Assembly: GCA_030765335.1 (NCBI GenBank)
Contig: JAVCCU010000030.1
Span: 5,324 to 69,323, forward strand
Length of the DNA stretch: 64,000 bases
Origin: Candidatus Kaelpia aquatica
Lineage (GTDB): Bacteria; Omnitrophota; Gorgyraeia; Kaelpiales; Kaelpiaceae
Direction of reading: 5' to 3'
Part shown: positions 39,398-49,018 of the stretch, in pieces
Position numbering within the stretch: the first letter of the stretch is position 1
How the letters are laid out: each line of letters starts with the position of its first letter
Notes under the pieces: model-generated
What the model saw: the letters and a program-made list of their open reading frames with translations, nothing else
What the model was told of the DNA's origin: nothing
Database searches by the model: none
Made by a program: the position numbers and the translations under genes

Positions 39398-40755
39398 CTT
39401 AAATTGACCTCCATTTTATAAAGGTTTTCAAACCTGGTATATTCTTTAATAAACGCAAGTTTGATAGTATCCACAGGCCCGTTTCTCTGTTTAGCAATAA
39501 TGACATCCGCAACGCCTTTATTCTCTCCCTCAGAAGGATTGTAATACTCTTCCCTAAAAAGCAGAACAACTAAATCAGCATCCTGCTCTATTGCCCCAGA
39601 CTCTCTTAAATCAGAAAGCTGCGGCCTCTTATCCTGTCTCATTTCAGCTGCACGCGAAAGCTGACTCACAGCAATAAGAGGGACTCCTAGCTCCCTTGCT
39701 AAATCTTTAAGACTGCGCGAAATCTCAGATATCTCCTGCTGTCTACTCTCAGAGCGATAACTGCTGCGCATAAGCTGCATATAGTCTACTATTATTAGTT
39801 TTATATCATGGCGAGCCTTTAACCTTCTTGCTTTCGCCCTTAGCTCTAAAACGCTAGAACCTGCAGTATCATCTATAAAAAGAGGAGCCTCTGCAAGCTT
39901 ACCTGCAGCAGCTGTAAGTTTAGGCCAATCTTCAGGAGTTAAGAATCCGCGTCTGACTTGATGTGCGTTAACGCGGGCATGAGAACAGAGTATCCTATGC
40001 ACTAGCTGCTCTTTTGACATCTCCAAACTAAATATTGCAACAGGGATTTTCTCTTCAAGCACTGCATGCTCTGCAATACAACATGCAAGTGCAGACTTAC
40101 CCATAGAAGGCCTCCCGGCTATAATAATCAAATCCGAATTCTGGAGACCAGCTGTCAAAGAATCGAAATCGTGATAACCTGTCGGCACCCCTGTTATGCT
40201 GCTCTGACGCTGATAGAGAGTATCTATTGTAGTAATGCTGGACTTTATAAGATCCTTCATGGAGCAGATCTTACCTTCCATCTTATTAGAGACTATTTCA
40301 AAAATAGCATGCTCTGACTCATCTAGCAGTCTATCTACATCATCAACCGGATCATAGCATTTCTTTATTATTTTGGTTGAACTATTAATTAAAGAGCGTA
40401 AGACATACTTCTCTCTGACTATTTTTGTATAATGCTGTATATTGGCAGCTGAAGGAACAGAGTTAGAGATTGCAGCCAAATATGCTGGGCCTCCAATATC
40501 ATCTAACATATCCCTGTTTTTAAGCTCATCGGAAAGGGTTAAGAGGTCTACGGCTGATGAAGTATCGTATAACTCAACTATGGTTTGGAATATCTTTTGA
40601 TGAGAATCTTTATAAAAAAAAGACCTGTCCAATGACTCGATAGACTGAGCTATAGCATCTTGAGATAACAACATTGAGCCTAGGACAGCTATCTCAGCTT
40701 CAATGTTTTGAGGCGGCAACTGCTCAGGCAAAGCTGATTTTTCTCGAGGACTCAT
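39394..40755 (-). CDS. dnaB: Replicative DNA helicase
   Basis: PPQNIEAE, GRPSMGKS, FSLEM, DLRESGAIEQDAD, KQRNGP. Confidence 0.98.
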   Translation of the reverse strand: MSPREKSALPEQLPPQNIEAEIAVLGSMLLSQDAIAQSIESLDRSFFYKDSHQKIFQTIVELYDTSSAVDLLTLSDELKNRDMLDDIGGPAYLAAISNSVPSAANIQHYTKIVREKYVLRSLINSSTKIIKKCYDPVDDVDRLLDESEHAIFEIVSNKMEGKICSMKDLIKSSITTIDTLYQRQSSITGVPTGYHDFDSLTAGLQNSDLIIIAGRPSMGKSALACCIAEHAVLEEKIPVAIFSLEMSKEQLVHRILCSHARVNAHQVRRGFLTPEDWPKLTAAAGKLAEAPLFIDDTAGSSVLELRAKARRLKARHDIKLIIVDYMQLMRSSYRSESRQQEISEISRSLKDLARELGVPLIAVSQLSRAAEMRQDKRPQLSDLRESGAIEQDADLVVLLFREEYYNPSEGENKGVADVIIAKQRNGPVDTIKLAFIKEYTRFENLYKMEVNLS

Positions 40756-40762
40756 TATTAAA

Positions 40763-41206
40763 TTATTCTTTAACGACCCAAACTTTGACCTTGGCTATAA
40801 TATCGGAGCGTAAACTTATAGATACATGATAAACGCCTAGCTCTTTTATTGGCTCATCTAAATCTATCGTATGTCTGTCTATCTCAAACCCTTCACCTTT
40901 TAATGCTTTAGCAATATCGATATTTGTAATGGCTCCATACATTTTCTCTTCTTCGCCAGCCTTAACGCCTATTGTAAGTGATACCTCAGACAACTTACCT
41001 CTTAGCTCTTCCAGTCTCTTCGTCTCTCTGCCTTTCTTCTTCCCTGCAGCAGTTAACTTAAGTTCCAGCTCTTTTAAAACTCCAGCAGTTGCTTGACGGA
41101 CAATGCCTTGAGGAATTAGAAAATTACGGGCATAACCATTCTTAACATTGACCAAATCAAATTTTAAACCTAAATCTTCATAATCTTCTAGTAGAATTAC
41201 TTTCAT
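40763..41206 (-). CDS. rplI: 50S ribosomal protein L9
   Basis: VKNGYARNFLIP. Confidence 0.96.
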   Translation of the reverse strand: MKVILLEDYEDLGLKFDLVNVKNGYARNFLIPQGIVRQATAGVLKELELKLTAAGKKKGRETKRLEELRGKLSEVSLTIGVKAGEEEKMYGAITNIDIAKALKGEGFEIDRHTIDLDEPIKELGVYHVSISLRSDIIAKVKVWVVKE

Positions 41207-41466
41207 TATTCAGAAACAAACGGTAGTAGAGCCATAATTCTGGCATTTTTAATAGCACTTGATACTTTCCTTTGATGTTTTGCACAATTACCGCTAGAAT
41301 TTCTAGTCCTCATCCTACTTCTATCGGCAAGAAAATTTTGCAGAAGATCAACATCCTTATAATTTATATCTTCGATATTTTTCGCACAAAACCTACAATA
41401 CTTCTTCTTTCTCTTTAAATCCTTAAGCGGAAACTTTTTTTTTGTCTTACTCTTCATATTTCTCAA
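41206..41466 (-). CDS. rpsR: 30S ribosomal protein S18 (Zn-binding form)
   Basis: CRFC, INYKDV, CAKHQR, ARIMALLPF. Confidence 0.95.
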   Translation of the reverse strand: MRNMKSKTKKKFPLKDLKRKKKYCRFCAKNIEDINYKDVDLLQNFLADRSRMRTRNSSGNCAKHQRKVSSAIKNARIMALLPFVSE

Positions 41467-41894
41467 AACGGCACCTCGCCCTGATCGACAGCTCCTGCTT
41501 CTTCTGAAGAAATATCTCCTGGGACAGAACCTTCCTCAAAATCAGATAAAGCAGCTCCATCTTCTTTAGCCCTGGTCAAAAACTGAACTCTATCAGCTAT
41601 AACATCTAAAGCGTTATATTTTTTACCTTCATGTTCCCAGTTTTTATACTGTAATCTGCCTTCTATAAATACGAGCTTACCTTTAGAAATATATTGATTA
41701 CAAGATTCAGCCTGTTTTCCGAAAGTCACTACTCTAACAAAGCAGGTCTCCTCCTTCTTCTCGCCTGTCTGAGACTTAAAGACCCTATTTACAGCTAAGC
41801 CAAAACTGACAACAGAAGTACCCGAAGGTGTATAGCGAATCTCTGGATCACGAGTCAAATTACCAATTAAAAATACTCTATTTAGACTGGGCAT
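41463..41894 (-). CDS. ssb: Single-stranded DNA-binding protein
   Basis: NRVFLIGNLTRDPE, IEGRL, C-terminal EVPF. Confidence 0.96.
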   Translation of the reverse strand: MPSLNRVFLIGNLTRDPEIRYTPSGTSVVSFGLAVNRVFKSQTGEKKEETCFVRVVTFGKQAESCNQYISKGKLVFIEGRLQYKNWEHEGKKYNALDVIADRVQFLTRAKEDGAALSDFEEGSVPGDISSEEAGAVDQGEVPF

Positions 41895-42195
41895 CTACAA
41901 TCTCCTTCTCTTTCTCTTTCTTTAAAATCATGGATCTTAATATGTTTGGATTTAACTTCCAATCTCCGGATAGAACCTTCACTATCTCCTCGGGCATCTC
42001 AAAATTTCCCAGCAGATAGATTCCCTCTTGAAACTTTTCTATGGAATAGGCAAGCCGCCGCCTCTGCCAGATATCCAGCTGAACAACTTTGCCCTTTAAT
42101 TTAGCCACAGAATCCTTAATCTTGCTTATCTGAGAATCTACATCCGTCTCACTCATATCCGGATTTAAGATAAGCATTATCTCATATTTTTTCAT
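41878..42195 (-). CDS. rpsF: 30S ribosomal protein S6
   Basis: MKKYEIMLILNP, RRLAYSI. Start at ATG 42195 after SD AGGAG; promoter-like TTGCTA-N17-TAATAT at 42222-42250. Confidence 0.94.
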   Translation of the reverse strand: MKKYEIMLILNPDMSETDVDSQISKIKDSVAKLKGKVVQLDIWQRRRLAYSIEKFQEGIYLLGNFEMPEEIVKVLSGDWKLNPNILRSMILKKEKEKEIVDAQSK

Positions 42196-42252
42196 TAAAT
42201 ATTTTCTCCTTTTGGCTGACAATATTAACACATAATAAAATTCTTAGCAAGA

Positions 42253-42894
42253 TCAAATTACGTTTCTAAAATTATAGATTGACATTGTTTTTTCAATGCC
42301 CTCCTTTAGATAAAACTCTATGGCATCGACAACATTAGCTACTATATCAGCATACTCTGACTTCTCTTCTTTGGCTATTGGACTTAAGAGGTATTCCTCT
42401 GCTCTCTCTCCATTAGAGGCCTCTCCAATGCCTACCCTAAAGCGTATAAAGCTCTCAGTTCCAATCTCATCAATTATAGACTCTAACCCCTTATGTCCCC
42501 CAGAACCACCTTTTGCTCTAATCCTTATCTGACCCCGCTCTAAGTTCAGATCGTCAGATATGATAACTATATTATTACTTTTAATGCCATATTTATCTTT
42601 GAGGCAGGCTATTGACTTGCCGCTTAGATTCATATACATATAAGGCTTAGCTAAGACTACTCTTGTCTGAGATCCTGTCTTTTTAAATCTTAAAACATTA
42701 TTAAAAATGCTGGGTTTGGGCTTCTCTTCTTCACAATAAGGTTGAGCCATGATAACTATCTTGGCTCCGCACTTGTTCTTTCTGAATTTTAAACCATGCC
42801 TGGCTGCTAACTCATCTAGAACCATGAAACCAAGATTGTGCAAGGTATCTTTGTACTCTAACCCAGGATTGCCAAGCCCAGAGATTAAAAGCAT
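42253..42894 (-). CDS. pth: Peptidyl-tRNA hydrolase
   Basis: GLGNPG, HNLGF, YMNLSG, GGHKGL, RVGIG. Confidence 0.94.
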   Translation of the reverse strand: MLLISGLGNPGLEYKDTLHNLGFMVLDELAARHGLKFRKNKCGAKIVIMAQPYCEEEKPKPSIFNNVLRFKKTGSQTRVVLAKPYMYMNLSGKSIACLKDKYGIKSNNIVIISDDLNLERGQIRIRAKGGSGGHKGLESIIDEIGTESFIRFRVGIGEASNGERAEEYLLSPIAKEEKSEYADIVANVVDAIEFYLKEGIEKTMSIYNFRNVI

Positions 42895-42903
42895 GGCTTT
42901 ATA

Positions 42904-43593
42904 CTACCCTGTTCTCTCTTCTTTTTTAGAATCTTCAGAACCTGCCTCTTCTGATTTTTCCTTCTTCTCACTTATTACCTCAGGCTCTCTCATAACATCA
43001 CCCTCAACCTCTTCTTCAATAACCACTTCTTTAGGTGTAACAATATGCGCTACAATCTGCTCTAAATCTCCTAGAGCCTTAACTCCTTGAGGTAATTCTA
43101 AATCAGAGACATGGATTGCATCGCCTATATTTAAGTCATCAACTTTGACCTCTATCTTAGAAGGAACATTAGCCGCCTTACACTCTATCTCTATCTCCCA
43201 AATAAGATGATCTAATACTCCTCCATCCTTTTTGACTCCTACAGGCTCACCTTTGATCTCAATAGGGACTTTTATTTTGATAATCTCATCAAGGGATATC
43301 TCCTGAAAATCAACATGTATAATACTGCCTTTTATAACATCATGCTCTACCTCTTTAAGTATAGCGGTCTTAACTTCTTTATCTTTACCGGATAGAACGT
43401 GAAGCTCAGCTACTAGATTTTCAGAATGCGCCTCACGAAAGAGGTGTATCAAGTCAATCTCTTTTAGTTCTAACGGCATAGCCTGCCCCTTTTTATACAA
43501 TACCGCAGGTATAAGTCCGGCTTTCCTGATACCTTTGACATACTTTTTACCTACCCCATCTCTTTTTTTTACTTCAATTTTTAATTTTTCCAT
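42904..43593 (-). CDS. rplY: 50S ribosomal protein L25/Ctc
   Basis: IPAVLY, HVDF, GVKKDGG; prs-ctc-pth context. Confidence 0.94.
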   Translation of the reverse strand: MEKLKIEVKKRDGVGKKYVKGIRKAGLIPAVLYKKGQAMPLELKEIDLIHLFREAHSENLVAELHVLSGKDKEVKTAILKEVEHDVIKGSIIHVDFQEISLDEIIKIKVPIEIKGEPVGVKKDGGVLDHLIWEIEIECKAANVPSKIEVKVDDLNIGDAIHVSDLELPQGVKALGDLEQIVAHIVTPKEVVIEEEVEGDVMREPEVISEKKEKSEEAGSEDSKKEERTG

Positions 43594-43674
43594 TATCAGC
43601 CTCCTTTATGAGATAAAAAGAAAATCAGCGTTCTCTTGTATATCATAGATAACATGATTTTTGCAAGGGTTTAA

Positions 43675-44613
43675 TTAGCCAAACAGTACACTTATTGAAA
43701 CTTCCTTATGTATTCTCTTGATTGCTTCCCCTAAAAGAGGCGCGACCGAGAGAACCTCTATTTTATCAATAAGCTTATCTTGGCTTAAAGGGATGGCGTC
43801 TGCCACAAAGAGCTTGCTTATTGAAGACTTCTGAAGCCTATCTATGGCAGGTCCAGAAAGCACTGGATGACTTATTGCAGCATAGACATCTTTCGCCCCT
43901 TTATTCTTAAGAGCTTCTATGGCCTCGACAAGAGAACCTGCTGTTGCAATTATGTCGTCAACTATACACACATCCTTGCCTTTTACCTCGCCCAATATAT
44001 TCATCGCCTCTGTTTTTTCAGTGCTTATCCTACGCTTATCTACTATAGCAAGAGGTACTCCAAGCTTCTTAGCATAAGCCCTGGCCATCTTAATTCCTCC
44101 AACATCGGGAGATACAACAACAAGATTAGAACAGTCTATCCTCTTTTTAATATGCTCAACGAATATCTTAACTGCAAGAAGATGGTCTAAAGGGATATCA
44201 AAAAACCCTTGAATCTGACCAGCATGTAAATCCATTGTAAGAACTCTATCAGCACCAGATACAGTTATAAGATTAGCAACAAGTTTTGCCGTTATAGGCA
44301 CACGGGGCTGATCCTTCCTATCCTGCCTGGCATAACCGAAATAAGGTATTACCGCAGTAATTCTACCTGCCGACGCCCTTTTTAAAGCATCGATAAGAAT
44401 GAGTAGCTCCATTAAATTATCATTTGACGGAAAACATATTGGTTGAATTACGAATATATCGTTGCCTCTAACATTATGTTCAATCTTAACACTAATCTCA
44501 CCATCGCTAAACTTAGAGACTATAGAATCTCCTAATTCAACACCCAGATAACCGGATATATTCTTTGCTAGCTCAGGATTAGCATTACCGCTAAAAACCG
44601 TTAACCTATCCAT
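43675..44613 (-). CDS. prs: Ribose-phosphate pyrophosphokinase
   Basis: FSDGE, PYFGYARQDRK, DLHAGQIQGFF, VDDIIATAGS. Confidence 0.98.
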   Translation of the reverse strand: MDRLTVFSGNANPELAKNISGYLGVELGDSIVSKFSDGEISVKIEHNVRGNDIFVIQPICFPSNDNLMELLILIDALKRASAGRITAVIPYFGYARQDRKDQPRVPITAKLVANLITVSGADRVLTMDLHAGQIQGFFDIPLDHLLAVKIFVEHIKKRIDCSNLVVVSPDVGGIKMARAYAKKLGVPLAIVDKRRISTEKTEAMNILGEVKGKDVCIVDDIIATAGSLVEAIEALKNKGAKDVYAAISHPVLSGPAIDRLQKSSISKLFVADAIPLSQDKLIDKIEVLSVAPLLGEAIKRIHKEVSISVLFG

Positions 44614-45868
44614 CTCTCCTCCTCCTTAAAATTTTAGCAGGAACACCTACAATAACACTATTATCGGCTATCTTACTATTCTTCGTTACAACTGAACCTG
44701 CTCCCGTTATAACATTCTTACCTATTTCAACTGGAGCAACCAATGTCGTATTGCTGCCTATAAAAGCATTATCTTTAATGATGGTCTTATTTTTTTTCTT
44801 ACCATTATAGTTTGCAACTACAGTACCTGCTCCGATATTAACATTCTTACCAACAACAGTATCTCCTATATAAGAAAAATGTTTTACCTTAGAACCATTA
44901 CCTATCTTAGAACTTGATATCTCAGCAAAATTCTCTACCTTAACATTATCACCTATATTACTATCGCCCCTTATCCTGCAAGATGGTCCTATCATACAGC
45001 TCTTTCCTATCCGAACTCCAAAACCTATATAAGCAAAAGGATACAGGGTAGTATCGCGCCCTATAGTCACATTTTTCTCTATAAAGGTATTCTCTGGAGA
45101 CAATATGCTCACCCCTTTTGATATATGTTTATCAGTATTTCTTCTGTAAATAATCTTATTAGCCTCTATTAGATCTTTCCTGCTGTTAATACCTAGCCCT
45201 TCATTTATATCTTTTAGCTTTAATGTTAGAACCTTTAGATCTTTTTTGCTATATTTTGGAAAAATCTCAGTCAGATATTTCTCCCCTTTATTTCCTTTAG
45301 GCTTAATACTGCAAAGATCTCTCTCTAAGCTGGTCTTTCTTTTAAAAATGTAGACACCTACATTAACCTCTCTTATCTTCTTCTCGGATTCATTGAGCAG
45401 ATCCTCTTCTTTTACGGCAACTACATTACCGCTCTTATCACTAAGCACTCTTCCATAGCCTTTGGGTGCATCCAAATCCATAGTCAAGAGCGTTATATCG
45501 GAGCTATGTCTATCATGCTTGTTTAGCAGGCTCTTGATTGTACTGGTTCTCAATAATGCAACATCTACATAGATAAGAACTATGGTCTTATATCTCCTAG
45601 GAATGCTCTTTAAGGCTACGAGCAATGCATCTGCTGTCCCAGCTCTTCTTTTCTGCTCTATCGTATTAACAGAAAAATTTTTATCTATAAACTTACTCTC
45701 TCCAGGTCCAGCTAAAGCATAGATATCATCTATGCCTACCTCTCTTAAATTCTCTATGGAATGCCTAAGCATAGACCATCCTGCTATCTTATGGCGATAC
45801 TTAGGTAAGGACGATTTAAGCCTCGTCCCTTTACCTGCCGCTAATATTAACCCGCAAATGTTTTTCAT
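44606..45868 (-). CDS. glmU: Bifunctional GlmU
   Basis: ILAAGKGTRLKS..PK, GYGR, HFSYIGD, NIGAGT, FIGSNT. Confidence 0.92.
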   Translation of the reverse strand: MKNICGLILAAGKGTRLKSSLPKYRHKIAGWSMLRHSIENLREVGIDDIYALAGPGESKFIDKNFSVNTIEQKRRAGTADALLVALKSIPRRYKTIVLIYVDVALLRTSTIKSLLNKHDRHSSDITLLTMDLDAPKGYGRVLSDKSGNVVAVKEEDLLNESEKKIREVNVGVYIFKRKTSLERDLCSIKPKGNKGEKYLTEIFPKYSKKDLKVLTLKLKDINEGLGINSRKDLIEANKIIYRRNTDKHISKGVSILSPENTFIEKNVTIGRDTTLYPFAYIGFGVRIGKSCMIGPSCRIRGDSNIGDNVKVENFAEISSSKIGNGSKVKHFSYIGDTVVGKNVNIGAGTVVANYNGKKKNKTIIKDNAFIGSNTTLVAPVEIGKNVITGAGSVVTKNSKIADNSVIVGVPAKILRRRRDG

Positions 45869-45873
45869 AAAAA

Positions 45874-45895
45874 CCAGTATTCAGCTAAATACTGG
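45874..45895 (-). terminator. Hairpin CCAGTATT-TAGCTG-AATACTGG followed by T5, overlapping the tRNA 3' end
   Basis: Perfect 8-bp inverted repeat followed by TTTTT and then the glmU ATG. Confidence 0.4.
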
Positions 45896-45962
45896 GGAAG
45901 GAGGGCTCGAACCTCCACAGACGGCTCCAAAAGCCGTTGTGCTACCATTACACTATTCCCCA
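45892..45962 (-). tRNA. tRNA-Gln(TTG)
   Basis: TGGGGAA/TTCCCCA acceptor stem, anticodon arm ACGGC-TTTTGGA-GCCGT, T-loop GGTTCGAG, no encoded CCA. Confidence 0.95.
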
Positions 45963-45974
45963 AATACCTAAATT

Positions 45975-46412
45975 CTAAAGAGCTGTATCTGTAGAATCTT
46001 CTTCTAAGCCATGCTCTTCTTCTCTTTGATAACTAGGATCTTGTACCTCTTTTTCATATGCTTCCAAAACTTTTCCTTCGATGTAGGCGCGGAATTCTTG
46101 ATTGATCGGGTGCGCAATATCCTTAGTCTCTTGCTGTCTATCATGAGAATCAGGACATCTAGATGACTCAAAATCAACACCGCAATAATTGCAGAATCTC
46201 GCCGCTATACTATTGCTTCTCCTGCACTTGGAACATGGCTGTTGAACCTTCCTAGAAGGCATAGCAACAAAAAGGCCTTTATTACCATCGATAACTTTGA
46301 TGTTGCGAACAACAAAAGAGTCATCGAAGGTGACAGTTACATAAGCCTTCAGCTTAATGTTTCCTTTCACCTTGGGAAATACTTTTACCTCTGTAATCTC
46401 CAAAGCAAGCAC
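45975..46412 (-). CDS. spoVG: SpoVG-family protein with inserted zinc ribbon
   Basis: EITEVKV, GLFVAMPSRK, CSKC...CNYCG, DIAHPIN. Confidence 0.9.
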   Translation of the reverse strand: MLALEITEVKVFPKVKGNIKLKAYVTVTFDDSFVVRNIKVIDGNKGLFVAMPSRKVQQPCSKCRRSNSIAARFCNYCGVDFESSRCPDSHDRQQETKDIAHPINQEFRAYIEGKVLEAYEKEVQDPSYQREEEHGLEEDSTDTAL

Positions 46413-46416
46413 CTCC

Positions 46417-47262
46417 TTAGTTTAATGACCTAACTAAAAAAGTATCATATCCCAAAGAGCCACAATAGCTCTTTAGAGAATTTAATTTATCCATATCAGC
46501 TGATACCGCATAGATTGCAGAACCGGTTCCAGTCATCCTAATTAAATCAACATCAAATCTTTTAATATCTTCCATAAGGGAGGGTATTATGGTGCTGCTC
46601 TCTAATTTCTCAAAAACATTGTAAGAATACTTATTTAAAAAATTCATTTCAACATCATCTGCGCTGCAAAATTTAATTTTATCCCAGCGGCTAGGTTCTG
46701 TCAAGGAAGGTTTCCATCTTTGATATAAATCCTCTGTCTTATTGCCGAATTTAGGAAGAATTAAAACAGCAGAGAAGACAAATGGCGTATCAATTGAACG
46801 CACTAGTTCACCCTTACCTTCAACTACCGCCCAAGTAGAATCATTTACAAAAAAAGGCACATCGGAACCGATAGCTGCTCCCAGCTTTATTAACTCTTCC
46901 TCACTGATATCTATATTGAATATCTCTCTAGCAGCTTTTAATACATAGGCAGCATTTGAGCTTGCACCGCCCAAACCTGATTCTGCAGGTATTCTTTTCT
47001 CTAGCCTTATCTCTAATCCTTCTTTAATACGGTATCTATCTTTTATAATCTTAGCAGCCTTATAACAGCTATTTTCAGATCCTTCCGGAGCATTGCCTTT
47101 AACAGAGAGAGATACTCTATCTTCCTTTAAAAGGCCAACACTTAAAACATCGCAGAGATCTATTTTAACCATCAGACTGATGATATCATGGTAATTGTCT
47201 CCCCTCTTAGAGAGTATATCAAGAAAAATATTTAGTTTGGCAGGTGTATTGAAGACTATCAA
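46417..47262 (-). CDS. ispE: 4-diphosphocytidyl-2-C-methyl-D-erythritol kinase
   Basis: PAKLNIFL, IPAESGLGGASSNAA, IGSDVPFF, MTGTGSA. Confidence 0.93.
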   Translation of the reverse strand: MIVFNTPAKLNIFLDILSKRGDNYHDIISLMVKIDLCDVLSVGLLKEDRVSLSVKGNAPEGSENSCYKAAKIIKDRYRIKEGLEIRLEKRIPAESGLGGASSNAAYVLKAAREIFNIDISEEELIKLGAAIGSDVPFFVNDSTWAVVEGKGELVRSIDTPFVFSAVLILPKFGNKTEDLYQRWKPSLTEPSRWDKIKFCSADDVEMNFLNKYSYNVFEKLESSTIIPSLMEDIKRFDVDLIRMTGTGSAIYAVSADMDKLNSLKSYCGSLGYDTFLVRSLN

Positions 47263-48194
47263 CTCTGCTTCTTTTTGATAAGCTCTTTTGCTTCTTTGAC
47301 TATAGACTCAGATGTTAGGCCAAAGGCTTCGAGCAAAATATCTGATTCACCGCTTCTTCCAAAACGATCTCTTATACCCAAAAACTTAATAAGAACAGGT
47401 TCATTTTCGGAGATAAGCTCAGCAATTGCAGAACCCATTCCTCCAAAAACTTGATGTTCTTCAACTGTAAGTATAGCCCCTGTTTCCCGGGCAGCTTTTA
47501 AAATAGCATCTCTATCTAACGGCTTTATAGTATGTAGATTTATAACACCGGCAGATATTCCTTCCTCTTTTAAAATATCAGCAGCCTTAAGTGAAATATG
47601 CACCATCTGACCCGACGCTACTATGGTGAGGTCCTTTCCTTCCCTGAATACTCGAGCTTTACCTATCTGAAAATCATCATCTAAAGAGGTTAGAAAAGGT
47701 ACTTTATTCCTAGTAAGCCTCAGATATACTGGCCCAGGATAGGAAGCAGCAGCCTCTGTTGCTTTTTTAGCTTCATAAAAATCGCAAGGAACAACTACGC
47801 TCATATTGGGCAAGACTCTCATAAGTGCATAATCTTCTAACGCCTGGTGAGTTGCACCATCTGGGCCTACTGTAATCCCTCCATGAGAACCAATAATATT
47901 CACATTAAGATTCATGTAAGCAATGGAAGTTCTTATTTGATCCCAAGCTCTTCCTGATGCAAAGACTCCAAATGTAGTTGCAAAAGGAATCTTTCCTTCT
48001 AAAGCAAACCCGGCTGCAGCAGACATCATATCCTGTTCGGATATACCAAAATTGAAAAACCTTTTTGGGAACTTTGCTTTAAAAGCACCTGCTCTAACTG
48101 ACTCTGTCAAGTCAGCTGAAAGCACAACCACTCTCTCATCTTTTTCACCTAGCTCTAGCAATGCTTCGCCGAATCCATCTCTAGTAGGCTTCAT
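47259..48194 (-). CDS. Transketolase, C-terminal subunit
   Basis: GISEQDM, GPDGATHQ, GPVYLR, VEEH. Confidence 0.92.
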   Translation of the reverse strand: MKPTRDGFGEALLELGEKDERVVVLSADLTESVRAGAFKAKFPKRFFNFGISEQDMMSAAAGFALEGKIPFATTFGVFASGRAWDQIRTSIAYMNLNVNIIGSHGGITVGPDGATHQALEDYALMRVLPNMSVVVPCDFYEAKKATEAAASYPGPVYLRLTRNKVPFLTSLDDDFQIGKARVFREGKDLTIVASGQMVHISLKAADILKEEGISAGVINLHTIKPLDRDAILKAARETGAILTVEEHQVFGGMGSAIAELISENEPVLIKFLGIRDRFGRSGESDILLEAFGLTSESIVKEAKELIKKKQS

Positions 48195-49018
48195 TTACCT
48201 TTTAACTCCTCAAGAGCTTTGCCTAATTCTTCTTTAGTAGGAGTAACTCCATGCCAACGATTATCATTCTCCATAAATGAGACGCCTTTGCCTTTAACAG
48301 TATCTGCAATAATAATAGCCGGATGCCCCTTAATGCTATCTGCCCAATCTAGTGCATCGAGTAATTCCTGGAAGTCATGGCCATTACACCTTTTTACCTT
48401 CCAGCCAAAAGAGCGCCACTTCTCTTCAAAAGGCTCTAGATTTTTAACTTCATTCACCGGACCATCTATCTGCAGCTTATTGTGATCCAGCATCACTATT
48501 ATATTATCTAGCTTGTAATGAGCAGCTGTCATAGCAGACTCCCAAACCTGCCCTTCGTTCGTCTCGCCATCGCCAAGTATACAGTAAACCCTATTCTCCC
48601 TGCCATCAAGCCTTGCAGAGAGAGCCATACCTATAGATATTGATAGACCCTGCCCCAAAGAACCAGTTGAAGCCTCTATGCCTCTAATACCCTTTTCAGG
48701 ATGACCTTGAAGACAAGAGCCGTATTTCCTTAATGTCATAAGCTCATTCTTAGGAAAATAACCGAAATCAGCCAAAATAGCATATAGAGTAGGGCAGCCA
48801 TGCCCTTTGGAAAGAATAAATCTATCCCTCTCTCCCCAGGAGGGATTCTCAGGATCATGATTTAACTTACAGTAATAAAGCGAAACTAAAATCTCAACCA
48901 AAGATAGAGAGCCTCCTGTATGACCTGAACCGGCCTCTTCTAACATAGCAAGAACATCGCAGCGTATATCCAATGATTTCTGTTTTAAAAATTCTAGATC
49001 TGTTTTTTTATTGATCAA
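48191..49018 (-). CDS. Transketolase, N-terminal subunit
   Basis: GHTGGSLS, DRFILSKGH, STGSLGQG, GDGE...N TPP motif. Confidence 0.93.
   Translation of the reverse strand: MINKKTDLEFLKQKSLDIRCDVLAMLEEAGSGHTGGSLSLVEILVSLYYCKLNHDPENPSWGERDRFILSKGHGCPTLYAILADFGYFPKNELMTLRKYGSCLQGHPEKGIRGIEASTGSLGQGLSISIGMALSARLDGRENRVYCILGDGETNEGQVWESAMTAAHYKLDNIIVMLDHNKLQIDGPVNEVKNLEPFEEKWRSFGWKVKRCNGHDFQELLDALDWADSIKGHPAIIIADTVKGKGVSFMENDNRWHGVTPTKEELGKALEELKGK

Noticed and set aside
39394-40755. Intein in dnaB (or rtcB)
   Set aside because: Both proteins have normal length and contiguous motifs.
42196-42221. S6:S18 autoregulatory leader upstream of rpsF
   Set aside because: The leader is too short and no convincing stem is visible.
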